DNA of 29,767 nucleotides, from IMG/VR virus record IMGVR_UViG_2534681604_000009. One strand, 5' to 3'. This document shows, piece by piece, positions 18,090 through 26,959 of the stretch (position 1 is the first letter of the stretch; every line of letters starts with the position of its first letter). Origin of the DNA: a virus (taxonomy: Duplodnaviria > Heunggongvirae > Uroviricota > Caudoviricetes). The position numbers and the translations under genes were made by a program. The notes below the pieces were generated by a model. That model did no database searches. It had not been told where the DNA came from and saw only the letters and a list, made by a program, of their open reading frames with translations.

Positions 18090-18944
18090 TCAGCAGTTCG
18101 TCATCAGGGCGTCACCGCCACCGCCGGTGGCCTTGCTGCGGCGCTGCTGGGTCAGACTTTCGGTGCTGTCGAGACTGTTTTTCAGGCGGGTGAATGCCTG
18201 GCTGGTTTCATCCGCCCTGTCAGTCACCTCCTGCTTAAGAGCGGAAAAGGCAGTTTCCATCTCAGCGAGGCGCTGCTCAGTGGCGCTCAGTTTTTCCTGC
18301 ACATGTTCAGCAACAGCGGTCACCGCTTCATGCACGTCATTCAGACGGGCGTCATCGCTGGCCTGTTTGCGGCCAAAAATGGATTTCACCTTTTCGGTCA
18401 GGGCGGTGAACACGGTTTCAGGCAGGTCTTCAAATTCCAGCTCAACGGGCGTTGCCACTGAAATCAGGTTTTCAGGGCTTAATTTGAAGCGGTTCAGAGG
18501 GTTGTGTTTTGCCGTGCGGCAGAATTCCAGGTATTCCGTGCCGAGGCTTGCCGGGTCATCGGTGACGGCCAGCCCCACCAGATAACATTTGCCGGTGTTG
18601 GCAAAGTTCGGCTGAATTTCCATTGAGGTGTAGACCTTCTGCGCGGCCTTGTTCATCGCGATAAGGTCATCGGTCGGGGTGATTTTCGCAAACAGCGCCC
18701 ATTTGCCTTTCAGCGCCGAATCATCGTCAATCTTTTCGGCCTTCAGTTCGGCCACATCGCCATAACGCTTAAAAATACCGTCAGGCAGGATGCCGCGCAG
18801 ATGTTCCAGGTTAATGCGGCAACCATAGACTCGCGGGTCAAAGGTTTCGGCCATTTCCTGAATATCCTGCGCACTGATGACACGCCCGTCACAGGTGTCA
18901 CCCTCAACGCCGATACGAAAGAATTTTGAGACTTTTTTTGCCAT
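18090..18944 (-). CDS. O: Capsid scaffolding protein O
   Basis: Trimmed to the ATG at 18942..18944, giving a 284-aa product MAKKVSKFFRIGVEG.... The track ORF carries an N-terminal extension. Confidence 0.85.
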   Translation of the reverse strand: MAKKVSKFFRIGVEGDTCDGRVISAQDIQEMAETFDPRVYGCRINLEHLRGILPDGIFKRYGDVAELKAEKIDDDSALKGKWALFAKITPTDDLIAMNKAAQKVYTSMEIQPNFANTGKCYLVGLAVTDDPASLGTEYLEFCRTAKHNPLNRFKLSPENLISVATPVELEFEDLPETVFTALTEKVKSIFGRKQASDDARLNDVHEAVTAVAEHVQEKLSATEQRLAEMETAFSALKQEVTDRADETSQAFTRLKNSLDSTESLTQQRRSKATGGGGDALMTNC

Positions 18945-19010
18945 TGTCAGGAGTCCTGAATAGTGATTAGAGGAGTCACATGTCGGCATCAGTTTCCCGA
19001 CGATGCGCAT

Positions 19011-19117
19011 CCTCCGCCATCAGTCCCGGATGGCTTATCACTGACACAACAGCACCTTAGCGAATCGCAGGGCGCGACTCAGTAGCCTTGCCGTGTATTC
19101 ATCACGGCGAGGTATTC
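19011..19117. promoter_or_regulatory. Divergent O/P intergenic region; expected to hold the Ogr-dependent late promoters P_O and P_P
   Basis: Placed by synteny with P2, where O and P are divergently transcribed. I could not identify an exact TGT-N12-ACA element. Confidence 0.35.
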
Positions 19118-20890
19118 ATGACCATCACCACAGACACCACTCTTTTACACGACCCGCGTCGTCAGGCGGCGCTGCTGTACTGGCAGGGATTTTCCGTGCC
19201 GCAGATTGCCGCCATGTTGCAGATGAAACGCCCGACGGTGCAGAGCTGGAAACAGCGCGACGGCTGGGACAGCGTTGCCCCCATCAGCCGTGTCGAAATG
19301 AGTCTGGAAGCGCGGCTGACCCAGCTCATCATCAAACCGCAGAAAACCGGCGGTGATTTCAAGGAAATTGACCTGCTGGGACGCCAGATTGAACGACTGG
19401 CACGGGTAAACCGCTACAGCCAGACCGGCAACGAGGGAGACCTTAATCCGAACGTCGCTAACCGCAACAAAGGCGGGCGGCGCAAACCGAAAAAGAATTT
19501 TTTCAGTGACGAGGCCATCGAAAAGCTGGAGCAGATTTTCTTTGAGCAGTCTTTCGATTATCAGTTGCACTGGTATCGCGCCGGGCTTGAGCACCGCATC
19601 CGCGATATCCTGAAATCCCGCCAGATTGGCGCGACGTTTTATTTTTCCCGCGAGGCGCTGCTGCGCGCCCTGAAAACCGGTCATAACCAGATTTTTCTGT
19701 CGGCCAGTAAAACGCAGGCGTATGTGTTCCGTGAATACATCATCGCCTTTGCCCGTCTGGTTGACGTTGACCTGACCGGTGACCCGATTGTCCTGGGCAA
19801 TAACGGCGCAAAACTGATTTTTCTCGGCACCAACTCCAACACCGCGCAGAGCCATAACGGCGACCTGTACGTCGACGAGATTTTCTGGATCCCGAATTTT
19901 CAGGTGCTGCGTAAGGTGGCATCAGGTATGGCCTCACAGAGTCACCTGCGATCGACCTATTTCTCCACCCCGTCCACGCTGGCGCACGACGCCTACCCGT
20001 TCTGGTCGGGTGAACTGTTCAACCGGGGACGCGCCAGCGCCGCCGAACGCGTGGAAATCGACGTCAGTCATAACGCCCTTGCCGGTGGGCTTCTCTGTGC
20101 GGACGGCCAGTGGCGGCAGATTGTCACCATTGAGGACGCCCTGAAAGGCGGCTGCACGCTGTTCGACATTGAGCAGCTCAAACGCGAAAACAGTGCCGAC
20201 GATTTTAAAAACCTGTTCATGTGTGAATTTGTTGACGACAAGGCATCGGTGTTCCCGTTCGAGGAGCTGCAACGCTGCATGGTCGACACGCTGGAAGAAT
20301 GGGAAGACTATGCGCCGTTTGCCACCAATCCGTTCGGCTCCCGCCCGGTATGGATTGGTTACGACCCGTCACACCGTGGCGACAGCGCCGGATGCGTGGT
20401 GCTGGCACCGCCGGTGGTGGCCGGTGGCAAATTCAGAATACTTGAGCGTCACCAGTGGAAAGGCATGGACTTTGCCACTCAGGCTGAATCCATCCGCAAA
20501 CTCACCGAAAAATACAACGTCGAATACATCGGAATTGATGCCACCGGCCTCGGTGTCGGCGTGTTCCAGCTCGTGCGCTCGTTCTATCCCGCCGCGCGCG
20601 ACATCCGCTACACGCCGGAAATGAAAACCGCAATGGTGCTCAAGGCAAAAGACGTCATCCGCCGTGGCTGTCTGGAATATGACGTCAGCGCCACCGACAT
20701 CACCAGCTCGTTTATGGCTATCCGCAAGACCATGACCAGCAGCGGACGCAGCGCCACCTATGAGGCCAGCCGCAGCGAGGAAGCCAGCCACGCCGACCTC
20801 GCCTGGGCAACCATGCACGCCCTTTTAAATGAGCCACTCACCGCCGGTATCAGCACCCCGCTGACATCCACCATTCTGGAGTTTTACTGA
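19118..20890 (+). CDS. P: Terminase ATPase (large) subunit P
   Basis: Trimmed to the ATG at 19118, which is preceded by GAGG. This gives a 590-aa product MTITTDTTLLHDPRRQ.... Confidence 0.9.
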   Translation: MTITTDTTLLHDPRRQAALLYWQGFSVPQIAAMLQMKRPTVQSWKQRDGWDSVAPISRVEMSLEARLTQLIIKPQKTGGDFKEIDLLGRQIERLARVNRYSQTGNEGDLNPNVANRNKGGRRKPKKNFFSDEAIEKLEQIFFEQSFDYQLHWYRAGLEHRIRDILKSRQIGATFYFSREALLRALKTGHNQIFLSASKTQAYVFREYIIAFARLVDVDLTGDPIVLGNNGAKLIFLGTNSNTAQSHNGDLYVDEIFWIPNFQVLRKVASGMASQSHLRSTYFSTPSTLAHDAYPFWSGELFNRGRASAAERVEIDVSHNALAGGLLCADGQWRQIVTIEDALKGGCTLFDIEQLKRENSADDFKNLFMCEFVDDKASVFPFEELQRCMVDTLEEWEDYAPFATNPFGSRPVWIGYDPSHRGDSAGCVVLAPPVVAGGKFRILERHQWKGMDFATQAESIRKLTEKYNVEYIGIDATGLGVGVFQLVRSFYPAARDIRYTPEMKTAMVLKAKDVIRRGCLEYDVSATDITSSFMAIRKTMTSSGRSATYEASRSEEASHADLAWATMHALLNEPLTAGISTPLTSTILEFY

Positions 20891-21924
20891 TGAGCAAGAA
20901 AAAAGGGAAAACACCGCAACCTGCGGCAAAAACAATGACCGCCAGCGCCCCGAAAATGGAGGCATTCACCTTTGGCGAGCCGGTGCCGGTACTCGACCGC
21001 CGTGACATTCTGGATTACGTCGAATGCATCAGTAACGGCAGATGGTATGAGCCGCCGGTCAGCTTTACCGGTCTGGCCAAAAGCCTGCGTGCTGCCGTGC
21101 ATCACAGCTCACCGATTTACGTCAAACGTAATATTCTGGCCTCGACATTTATCCCGCATCCGTGGCTTTCCCAGCAGGATTTCAGCCGCTTTGTGCTGGA
21201 TTTTCTGGTGTTCGGTAATGCGTTTCTGGAAAAGCGATACAGCACCACCGGTAAGGTCTTCAGACTGGAAACCTCACCGGCAAAATATACCCGCCGTGGC
21301 GTGGAGGAGGATGTTTACTGGTGGGTGCCGTCCTTCAACGAGCCGACACCTTTCGCGCCCGGCTCCGTGTTTCACCTGCTGGAGCCGGATATTAATCAGG
21401 AGCTGTACGGCCTGCCGGAATATCTCAGCGCCCTTAACTCTGCCTGGCTGAATGAGTCGGCCACGCTGTTCCGCCGCAAGTATTACGAAAACGGCGCACA
21501 TGCCGGATATATCATGTATATCACCGACGCATTGCAGGACCGCGATTACATTGACTCACTCCGCGAAAACATGGCTAATTCGAAAGGCCGCAATAACTTT
21601 AAAAATCTGTTTCTCTATGCCCCACAGGGAAAGCCAGACGGCATCAAAATTATCCCGCTCAGTGAAGTGGCGACAAAGGACGATTTTTTTAATATCAAAA
21701 AATCCAGCGCCGCAGATCTGCTGGACGCGCACCGCATCCCCTTTCAGTTGATGGGCGGCAAGCCGGAGAATGTCGGGTCGCTGGGTGATATTGAGAAAGT
21801 GGCAAAGGTCTTTGTCCGCAATGAGCTTATCCCGCTACAGGACAGGATTCGGGAAATAAACGGCTGGCTCGGCCAGGAGGTCATCCGCTTTAAAAACTAC
21901 TCACTGGACACTGACAACGGCTGA
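20890..21924 (+). CDS. Q: Portal protein Q
   Basis: 344-aa ORF whose ATG overlaps the P stop (TGATG). It is the last gene before cos. Confidence 0.9.
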   Translation: MSKKKGKTPQPAAKTMTASAPKMEAFTFGEPVPVLDRRDILDYVECISNGRWYEPPVSFTGLAKSLRAAVHHSSPIYVKRNILASTFIPHPWLSQQDFSRFVLDFLVFGNAFLEKRYSTTGKVFRLETSPAKYTRRGVEEDVYWWVPSFNEPTPFAPGSVFHLLEPDINQELYGLPEYLSALNSAWLNESATLFRRKYYENGAHAGYIMYITDALQDRDYIDSLRENMANSKGRNNFKNLFLYAPQGKPDGIKIIPLSEVATKDDFFNIKKSSAADLLDAHRIPFQLMGGKPENVGSLGDIEKVAKVFVRNELIPLQDRIREINGWLGQEVIRFKNYSLDTDNG

Positions 21925-21929
21925 ACATC

Positions 21930-21951
21930 GCCGCCTGCGGGCGGCTTTTTT
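21930..21951 (+). terminator. Rho-independent terminator after Q
   Basis: GCCGCC-tgcg-GGCGGC stem-loop followed by TTTTTT at 21946..21951. Confidence 0.6.
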
Positions 21952-22093
21952 ACACCCCGTCATCACGCCCTCACACGCTCACCACCGCACAAAACACCCC
22001 GCAGACACACCAACGCCCCGGCGCACAATCTAAACGCCATCACGACGCGCTCAGGCGCTGAAAAAATAAAATTAGCACCACCGCCTGCGCGCA

Positions 22094-22112
22094 GTGCTTT
22101 CCCCGCCTCGCC
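22094..22112. other. cos: cos cohesive-end sequence (19 nt)
   Basis: The + strand gtgctttccccgcctcgcc is the reverse complement of GGCGAGGCGGGGAAAGCAC, which I recall as the P2/186 19-nt cohesive end. It lies where P2 cos sits, between Q and the right-end variable locus. Confidence 0.7.
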
Positions 22113-22253
22113 CGCCCGCTTCATGGGGCGGTTTTAATGCAGGTGCATCATCCCCCCGGCAAGCGCCTGTTCTGGTGCTCGCTGTCAAAAGATATATTTG
22201 AAAATGAATGCAAATTTATGCACCTAATGCAGGCGAGGCTAAAAAGAACATCT

Positions 22254-23576
22254 TTAGTTTGTTTTTTTAACTCCACTGTATTCAGCTATCATCCTCTCAA
22301 CCGCTGGAAGCAACTCAGCAGGAACGCAAATAGACCTATCTGCCTTTCCAACATCTTTTGGCGTTTTGTAAGTACCATTATAATTAAGGACGCATTCTTT
22401 AAGAATTTCAAAAAGAGAAACAATAGGGTCCACGCCATAGCTATCAATAAACTTTCGATAGCCATCATTATCAGATAACGATGAAATATCTCCATGAACA
22501 AACTTACACCTAAGCTCATAGATTATTCCTATTTTTGAATCAATATCAATAATTTTCGCCGCATCTCTGCAAACACCGCCAATAATTGAATTTTTATTAC
22601 CATTATTGGTTCCATACATAGCATCCAATGCTATAAATTGATTCAAAAACCTTTCACGTTTGTCATCCCTCCACCCGTGCGCTATAAAGGAAAGAGCAGA
22701 CAACATCCTTTTATCAGGTGATGAAAGTATTTTTGTAAGTATCGCCAAGGCTGAATCCGTTATATTTAAATTATATACAGACGGAATATTCACTCGAAAC
22801 TCACTTTCATGATATTTCCCGACACCAAAAGACTCAACTAGATTATTAACAGCAACTCGATTAATCACAAAAGGATTATCAACTGCAAGACATAAAGCTC
22901 CAAACAAACTATCAAACATTTTCACCGCTTTATCCTCTGATGAAGCATATGCCACCACCAAGCAGGATTTTGACTGTCGAAAATATTTCCCAATTGGTTT
23001 ATGCCGCATATATTCATCATCATAAAAATCAACAGGAACCTTGATGTCAGTTTTGTCTTTAATATCAGAAAGTAATTCCACCCCTAGCCCCGGGCCATAT
23101 AAAAATAAATTTTCTCTAAGCTCAAGCTTCCCATCAAAGCCAGCACACCCAAGATTATAAATATATGGACAGGATTTTATTCGTGAACGTATATAATACT
23201 TAAACATCTCACTAAGATTTTTTCTATGAACTTGCGTTATAATATCATCAACACAAATCTTATCAGGATTAAGCGACAGAAAATCAGCATCAATGCGATT
23301 GAAGGCTTCAGAACAAAAACCTAACAATAATCTTTTCGCATTGTGAAGGTCACTTATACCTAATTGGGGACCATATGCTTTTAATAACCTACTAGCACAT
23401 TTTGCAATCTCCTCATCATTATATGCAAGCCAAAAAACAAAATCTTCTAATGCTTTACCGACTTGAATACAAGGCTGCTCCTTACCATGACTATAAAAAA
23501 AACTTTTGCATAATTTGTTTATCATGCCATTAGAGAACGCAACCTTCATAGATACTTCATCCCTTAACGCACTCAT
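22254..23576 (-). CDS. Hypothetical protein, AT-rich cargo ORF at the tin/old-equivalent variable locus (candidate defence or abortive-infection gene)
   Basis: 440-aa ORF co-oriented with and just downstream of A, visibly AT-rich (about 33 to 35 percent GC in the blocks counted). An R-x4-H motif (ELRCKFVHGD, codons 22494..22511) lies in the C-terminal third. An alternative start at Met10 (23549) has an AGGGA SD-like sequence upstream. Confidence 0.72.
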   Translation of the reverse strand: MSALRDEVSMKVAFSNGMINKLCKSFFYSHGKEQPCIQVGKALEDFVFWLAYNDEEIAKCASRLLKAYGPQLGISDLHNAKRLLLGFCSEAFNRIDADFLSLNPDKICVDDIITQVHRKNLSEMFKYYIRSRIKSCPYIYNLGCAGFDGKLELRENLFLYGPGLGVELLSDIKDKTDIKVPVDFYDDEYMRHKPIGKYFRQSKSCLVVAYASSEDKAVKMFDSLFGALCLAVDNPFVINRVAVNNLVESFGVGKYHESEFRVNIPSVYNLNITDSALAILTKILSSPDKRMLSALSFIAHGWRDDKRERFLNQFIALDAMYGTNNGNKNSIIGGVCRDAAKIIDIDSKIGIIYELRCKFVHGDISSLSDNDGYRKFIDSYGVDPIVSLFEILKECVLNYNGTYKTPKDVGKADRSICVPAELLPAVERMIAEYSGVKKTN

Positions 23577-23659
23577 CGATAATAATTCATTATAAGTTAT
23601 TAATACACGACTACTAAAGTATTGCTTCAGATTTGTTAATGTATCATGATGCCATCAGT

Positions 23660-25927
23660 TTAAGAAAACATCACCCAATCGTCTTTTACAGCATAACTAA
23701 ACCGCTCACCTTCATAAATTACTGTTGCCCCGCGCGCCAACGCCTCAAGCTCCCATCGCTGCGGCCTGATACCGTTCTGAGCAAGGTCAACACGGATACG
23801 GGTGATTTGCAATCGTTCAGACCGGGTCAATCTGGCCGATGGTGCAATTTCATGTGGTTTTAACGGGCTTCCGTTTCTTTGCTGACGGTTTGGTGTTCTC
23901 AGGTCGTGTTTTAATGCGCCCCTGAGCGCCCTCACGACCTCCGTGTCATTCCATTCGATAACACCGTCATCAACCAGATTAAGCACTGCTGCGGCGTGTT
24001 CAGAAGGTGTGGGAGCCGGTAACGAAGTATCATCACCGGTGAGCTTTCCACAGTTATTGACAGGACTCCGAGGCGCGGCGATGCCGCTTTTTAAAGTCAA
24101 AGGCTCAACGACCGGAACTTTCGGCACAATGCGCCAGTCCGTCGTTCTGGTGATATGAATATGACGCGCGCCGAGATGCGGCGCGTAAATGCCGACCACT
24201 CTCTCGACTTCTTCCTCATACTCGTTAACGTCATCCGACGGGCTACGGGCAACCCTGACAGTCTGACAATCGCGCGGGACATTTGCCCCACCCTGCGCGC
24301 TGATATACAACGCAAAATCACCACTGTCTGCGGCAGCGCGAGCAGCCTCGACGCGTTCGTCAAACTCATCCGCAATACTGACGCCGCGAGGCAATTTGCG
24401 TAGTTCACGGTAAGCCCCCATTGTCGGCAGTCCAACCGTTTTAAATTGCGGGATGCGCCACGTTGACGCCCATGCGGTAACAGCCGCCGCAGTATCTTTC
24501 AGCGGTCTGCCGGTATCGTTATCGAGCTGACCATCCAGTGCATAGCCGTCGATATTTTTCGAAATGTATTTCGCGATATATCCCGCAGCACCGCCCCGGT
24601 TAAGGTGTTTTGCCTGAAAACGGTTTCGCGCGGCTCCTCTTTCGTCGCCATCCTCTTTGAGCGCATAGCGACGCATGATTTCGATAATCTGGTTACGCTG
24701 GCGTGGATTACAAAAAAGCATCATATGCCAGTGCGGCGTTCCGTCGTGGTGTGGCTCGACGACTCGCAAACCGTAGACCTGTAAATCATTATCCTTGAAT
24801 GCCGTGCGCATCAGGCTCCAGATACGGCAGAGATAACGCTGCGCATCCTTTGGATTAAATGCCTCATCATTCCAGCCGTGATTAAGCTGGACGGTTTTAT
24901 TTTCGCCTTTTCCAACCTGACGTGTCGGGTGATACTTTGACGGCGCGGTAAGCGTGATAAACATCCCCACATCACCCTCTGAGGCGGCGTAACGCTCAAT
25001 ACCGGCAATGGTGTTCATCAGCTCCATCCGGCGAATTTCAGGATTAGAAATACTGCCCATCACCTTACTGATAAGGTCGATGCGCTCGCCGGTTTCCTTG
25101 TTTTCAAGGTCACACGATTTAAGAAATTCCAGATTTGCCTGGCGGCGCGCACGCACATCACGAATGGCATGTTTACTGGCATAAGGAGAACGGTCTTTAT
25201 TCACCTCCCCAACAGCAATCAGTAACGCCTCATGCCAGCGCATACGCTGGCCTTTAAGCTGATGAGTCCACCACTCATCGTTAAACAGACGGGCAATGGC
25301 AGAATATGCCTGCCTCGTGGTCATCTGTCCTTTACGGTATTTTTTCCAGTAGAGAGGGGAAATATTGAAAGCACGTGCAGCGCCAGCAACATGACCATAG
25401 AGGTGAGCCTGCGCCTCATCCGTAAACAGCGATTCTTTCTCGCCATGCGCATCCACCCAGGCATCGCAGAGTTCCTCATACATCATGAAAAGCTGTGATG
25501 AGATACGGGCGGCAAACTTTTTCAGCTCCTTGTCATTCATCCCCGGCAGGCGCGCATACTGGTCGCGCTCTGCCAGAAACAGCAACGACGCGTCGGTGTT
25601 CATTTCATGGCGCTGATTCACGCGCTCAATGCGCGGCCATAAACGACGCTGAAAAGTGGATGTGAGGAAATAAAACCCGTGCACCGGGCTTTTATTGCGC
25701 CGGATGTAGTCATAGCGTGAAGTAAACAGCGAGCGCAAAAAGTAAGGCAGGCGGTTAATCGTGGATAAAACACCTTGCACCTGACGCATCTCGTCACGTG
25801 TAAGGGGTCTTTCGCGCCCGACAGCCTCGCGTGGCGCGTTCCATGCATAAGCACCGGTAAACGCCTTACCGGTGCCTGCGGCAAATGCTGACGGAGGGAC
25901 AAAACGCCCGGAGGCTTTAACGGCCAT
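23660..25927 (-). CDS. A: Replication initiation protein A (rolling-circle HUH nickase)
   Basis: Large ORF with an HUH-like motif (PHWHMMLF) and paired tyrosines (YIAKYISK). The track ORF begins with TTG at 25969; I prefer the ATG at 25925..25927 (MAVKASGRF...), but the start is uncertain. Confidence 0.88.
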   Translation of the reverse strand: MAVKASGRFVPPSAFAAGTGKAFTGAYAWNAPREAVGRERPLTRDEMRQVQGVLSTINRLPYFLRSLFTSRYDYIRRNKSPVHGFYFLTSTFQRRLWPRIERVNQRHEMNTDASLLFLAERDQYARLPGMNDKELKKFAARISSQLFMMYEELCDAWVDAHGEKESLFTDEAQAHLYGHVAGAARAFNISPLYWKKYRKGQMTTRQAYSAIARLFNDEWWTHQLKGQRMRWHEALLIAVGEVNKDRSPYASKHAIRDVRARRQANLEFLKSCDLENKETGERIDLISKVMGSISNPEIRRMELMNTIAGIERYAASEGDVGMFITLTAPSKYHPTRQVGKGENKTVQLNHGWNDEAFNPKDAQRYLCRIWSLMRTAFKDNDLQVYGLRVVEPHHDGTPHWHMMLFCNPRQRNQIIEIMRRYALKEDGDERGAARNRFQAKHLNRGGAAGYIAKYISKNIDGYALDGQLDNDTGRPLKDTAAAVTAWASTWRIPQFKTVGLPTMGAYRELRKLPRGVSIADEFDERVEAARAAADSGDFALYISAQGGANVPRDCQTVRVARSPSDDVNEYEEEVERVVGIYAPHLGARHIHITRTTDWRIVPKVPVVEPLTLKSGIAAPRSPVNNCGKLTGDDTSLPAPTPSEHAAAVLNLVDDGVIEWNDTEVVRALRGALKHDLRTPNRQQRNGSPLKPHEIAPSARLTRSERLQITRIRVDLAQNGIRPQRWELEALARGATVIYEGERFSYAVKDDWVMFS
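24050..24078 (-). other. ori: Candidate origin of replication (A-protein nick region) inside the A coding sequence
   Basis: The - strand reads GCGCCTCGGAGTCCTGTCAATAACTGTGG, encoding APRSPVNNCG of gpA. P2 ori is known to lie within gene A, and this matches my recollection of the nick-region sequence, which I cannot verify here. Confidence 0.4.
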
Positions 25928-26192
25928 ATGAGCCAAAAGCCTCAGAACAACGCTTGCTGAGTTGCTCAACCTGCGCGTTTAAATCAGCAAAAGACTTTGC
26001 GCCTCCGGTCAGAATATCGTGATGCATCAGGCCGGAAACGAGCTGGCTTAATTTCGGGTAATAACCAACCACCGCCAGCCATTCCTGACCGACGTTTTTA
26101 CCGCTTTCCGCTCTCTTTTTCTCGTGGAGAATAAACTGAAAGCTGTCACTGGTAACGACATAACGTTCGCCAATTTCAATACGAATACTCAT
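25917..26192 (-). CDS. Hypothetical early protein
   Basis: 91-aa ORF with an ATG start, located directly upstream of A in the early operon. Confidence 0.6.
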   Translation of the reverse strand: MSIRIEIGERYVVTSDSFQFILHEKKRAESGKNVGQEWLAVVGYYPKLSQLVSGLMHHDILTGGAKSFADLNAQVEQLSKRCSEAFGSYGR

Positions 26193-26413
26193 GCCATTCT
26201 CCGGTAATGCTTGTTTTTTGCTTCAAAGACTGACTGACAGGAAACACAACGCGTGGCTGACGGGTAAGCCGCACGACGGGCAGCAGGTATTGGCGCGTCA
26301 CACTCTTCGCAAACCAGCGCAGAAGCACCGCAATGTTTTACCCTTGCCGCGTTAATCTGGCGCTCCAGTAATTCAGCCTGTTGTTCCTGAATAAAATCTA
26401 CGTTGTCCGGCAT
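26189..26413 (-). CDS. TraR/DksA-family C4 zinc-finger protein
   Basis: 74-aa ORF with C-x2-C-x17-C-x2-C (CEEC...CVSC), the TraR/DksA zinc-finger signature. It sits where the P2 early-operon zinc-finger ORF lies. Confidence 0.8.
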   Translation of the reverse strand: MPDNVDFIQEQQAELLERQINAARVKHCGASALVCEECDAPIPAARRAAYPSATRCVSCQSVFEAKNKHYRRMA

Positions 26414-26703
26414 TACCAGTTCCTTTTGTCGTTCAGTTTCTTAAATTCATCAGCGCAATAGCTGGTGACTTCTGTCGTTAATTTTGTCAGTTCATCCACG
26501 GAGGAAATTTGCTTATGAAATACAGCGCGTTTAACAAGTAAATTGACCACATCAGACAGGAGATTTAATTTATCCGCATAAATGGCTATAGTTGATTCAA
26601 CCATATCCCCAGTGTTTTTATCGCGTTTAATATCAGCTAGCGACAAATCACCATTTTTCATAACTGAAATCTTCAGCCAGTTATTAAGCAATATATTTTT
26701 CAT
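26413..26703 (-). CDS. Hypothetical protein (AT-rich small ORF in the early operon)
   Basis: 96-aa ORF with an ATG start, noticeably AT-rich, coupled by an ATGA overlap to the upstream ORF. Confidence 0.55.
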   Translation of the reverse strand: MKNILLNNWLKISVMKNGDLSLADIKRDKNTGDMVESTIAIYADKLNLLSDVVNLLVKRAVFHKQISSVDELTKLTTEVTSYCADEFKKLNDKRNW

Positions 26704-26945
26704 TCGCTATATGCCCTCTCCGCAGAATCAATCATTTCCCGGCCATTATCGGTAATACAGAAACCTTCTCTTGATTTGGTCACAAGCCCCCATTTCCCCA
26801 TTGCTATAAATGCTTTTTCCACACGACTAGGCCAGGAGCGGAAGACATCGCTTGATGGATGTAGTGGAGTCTTGTCATCTAATTTTTTAAGTAATGAAAG
26901 TTGATAATCTGTTAAGCGTTTCCTGAACCATTTTGTATTTGTCAT
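26700..26945 (-). CDS. Hypothetical protein (AT-rich small ORF in the early operon)
   Basis: The track ORF starts at TTG (26951); I prefer the ATG at 26943..26945, which is preceded by AGGAAAG...GGAG. Product about 81 aa. Confidence 0.55.
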   Translation of the reverse strand: MTNTKWFRKRLTDYQLSLLKKLDDKTPLHPSSDVFRSWPSRVEKAFIAMGKWGLVTKSREGFCITDNGREMIDSAERAYSE

Positions 26946-26959
26946 CTCCAACTTTCCTG

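Noticed and set aside
22137-22478. + strand 113-aa ORF overlapping the 3' end of the 440-aa cargo gene
   Set aside because: It starts inside the cos-proximal GC-rich region and runs antisense through the cargo ORF. No RBS was evident and it is more likely a shadow frame. Not fully excluded as a small antisense gene.
22254-23576. Possible Walker A P-loop (GCAGFDGK) in the 440-aa cargo protein, suggesting an ATPase
   Set aside because: The spacing is G-x5-GK rather than G-x4-GK[ST] and the following residue is Leu, so it does not fit the Walker A consensus.
22254-23576. Possible nucleotidyltransferase (Pol-beta-like) motif around GPGLGVELLSDIKDKTD in the 440-aa protein
   Set aside because: The acidic residues are spaced D-x2-D rather than the D-x-D/E that follows the glycine-rich loop in minimal nucleotidyltransferases. 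Not supportable from sequence alone.
22254-23576. Presence of P2 tin and old genes between A and cos
   Set aside because: The locus holds only one 440-aa ORF, with no second gene and no Old-sized ATPase, so tin and old appear to be absent and replaced.
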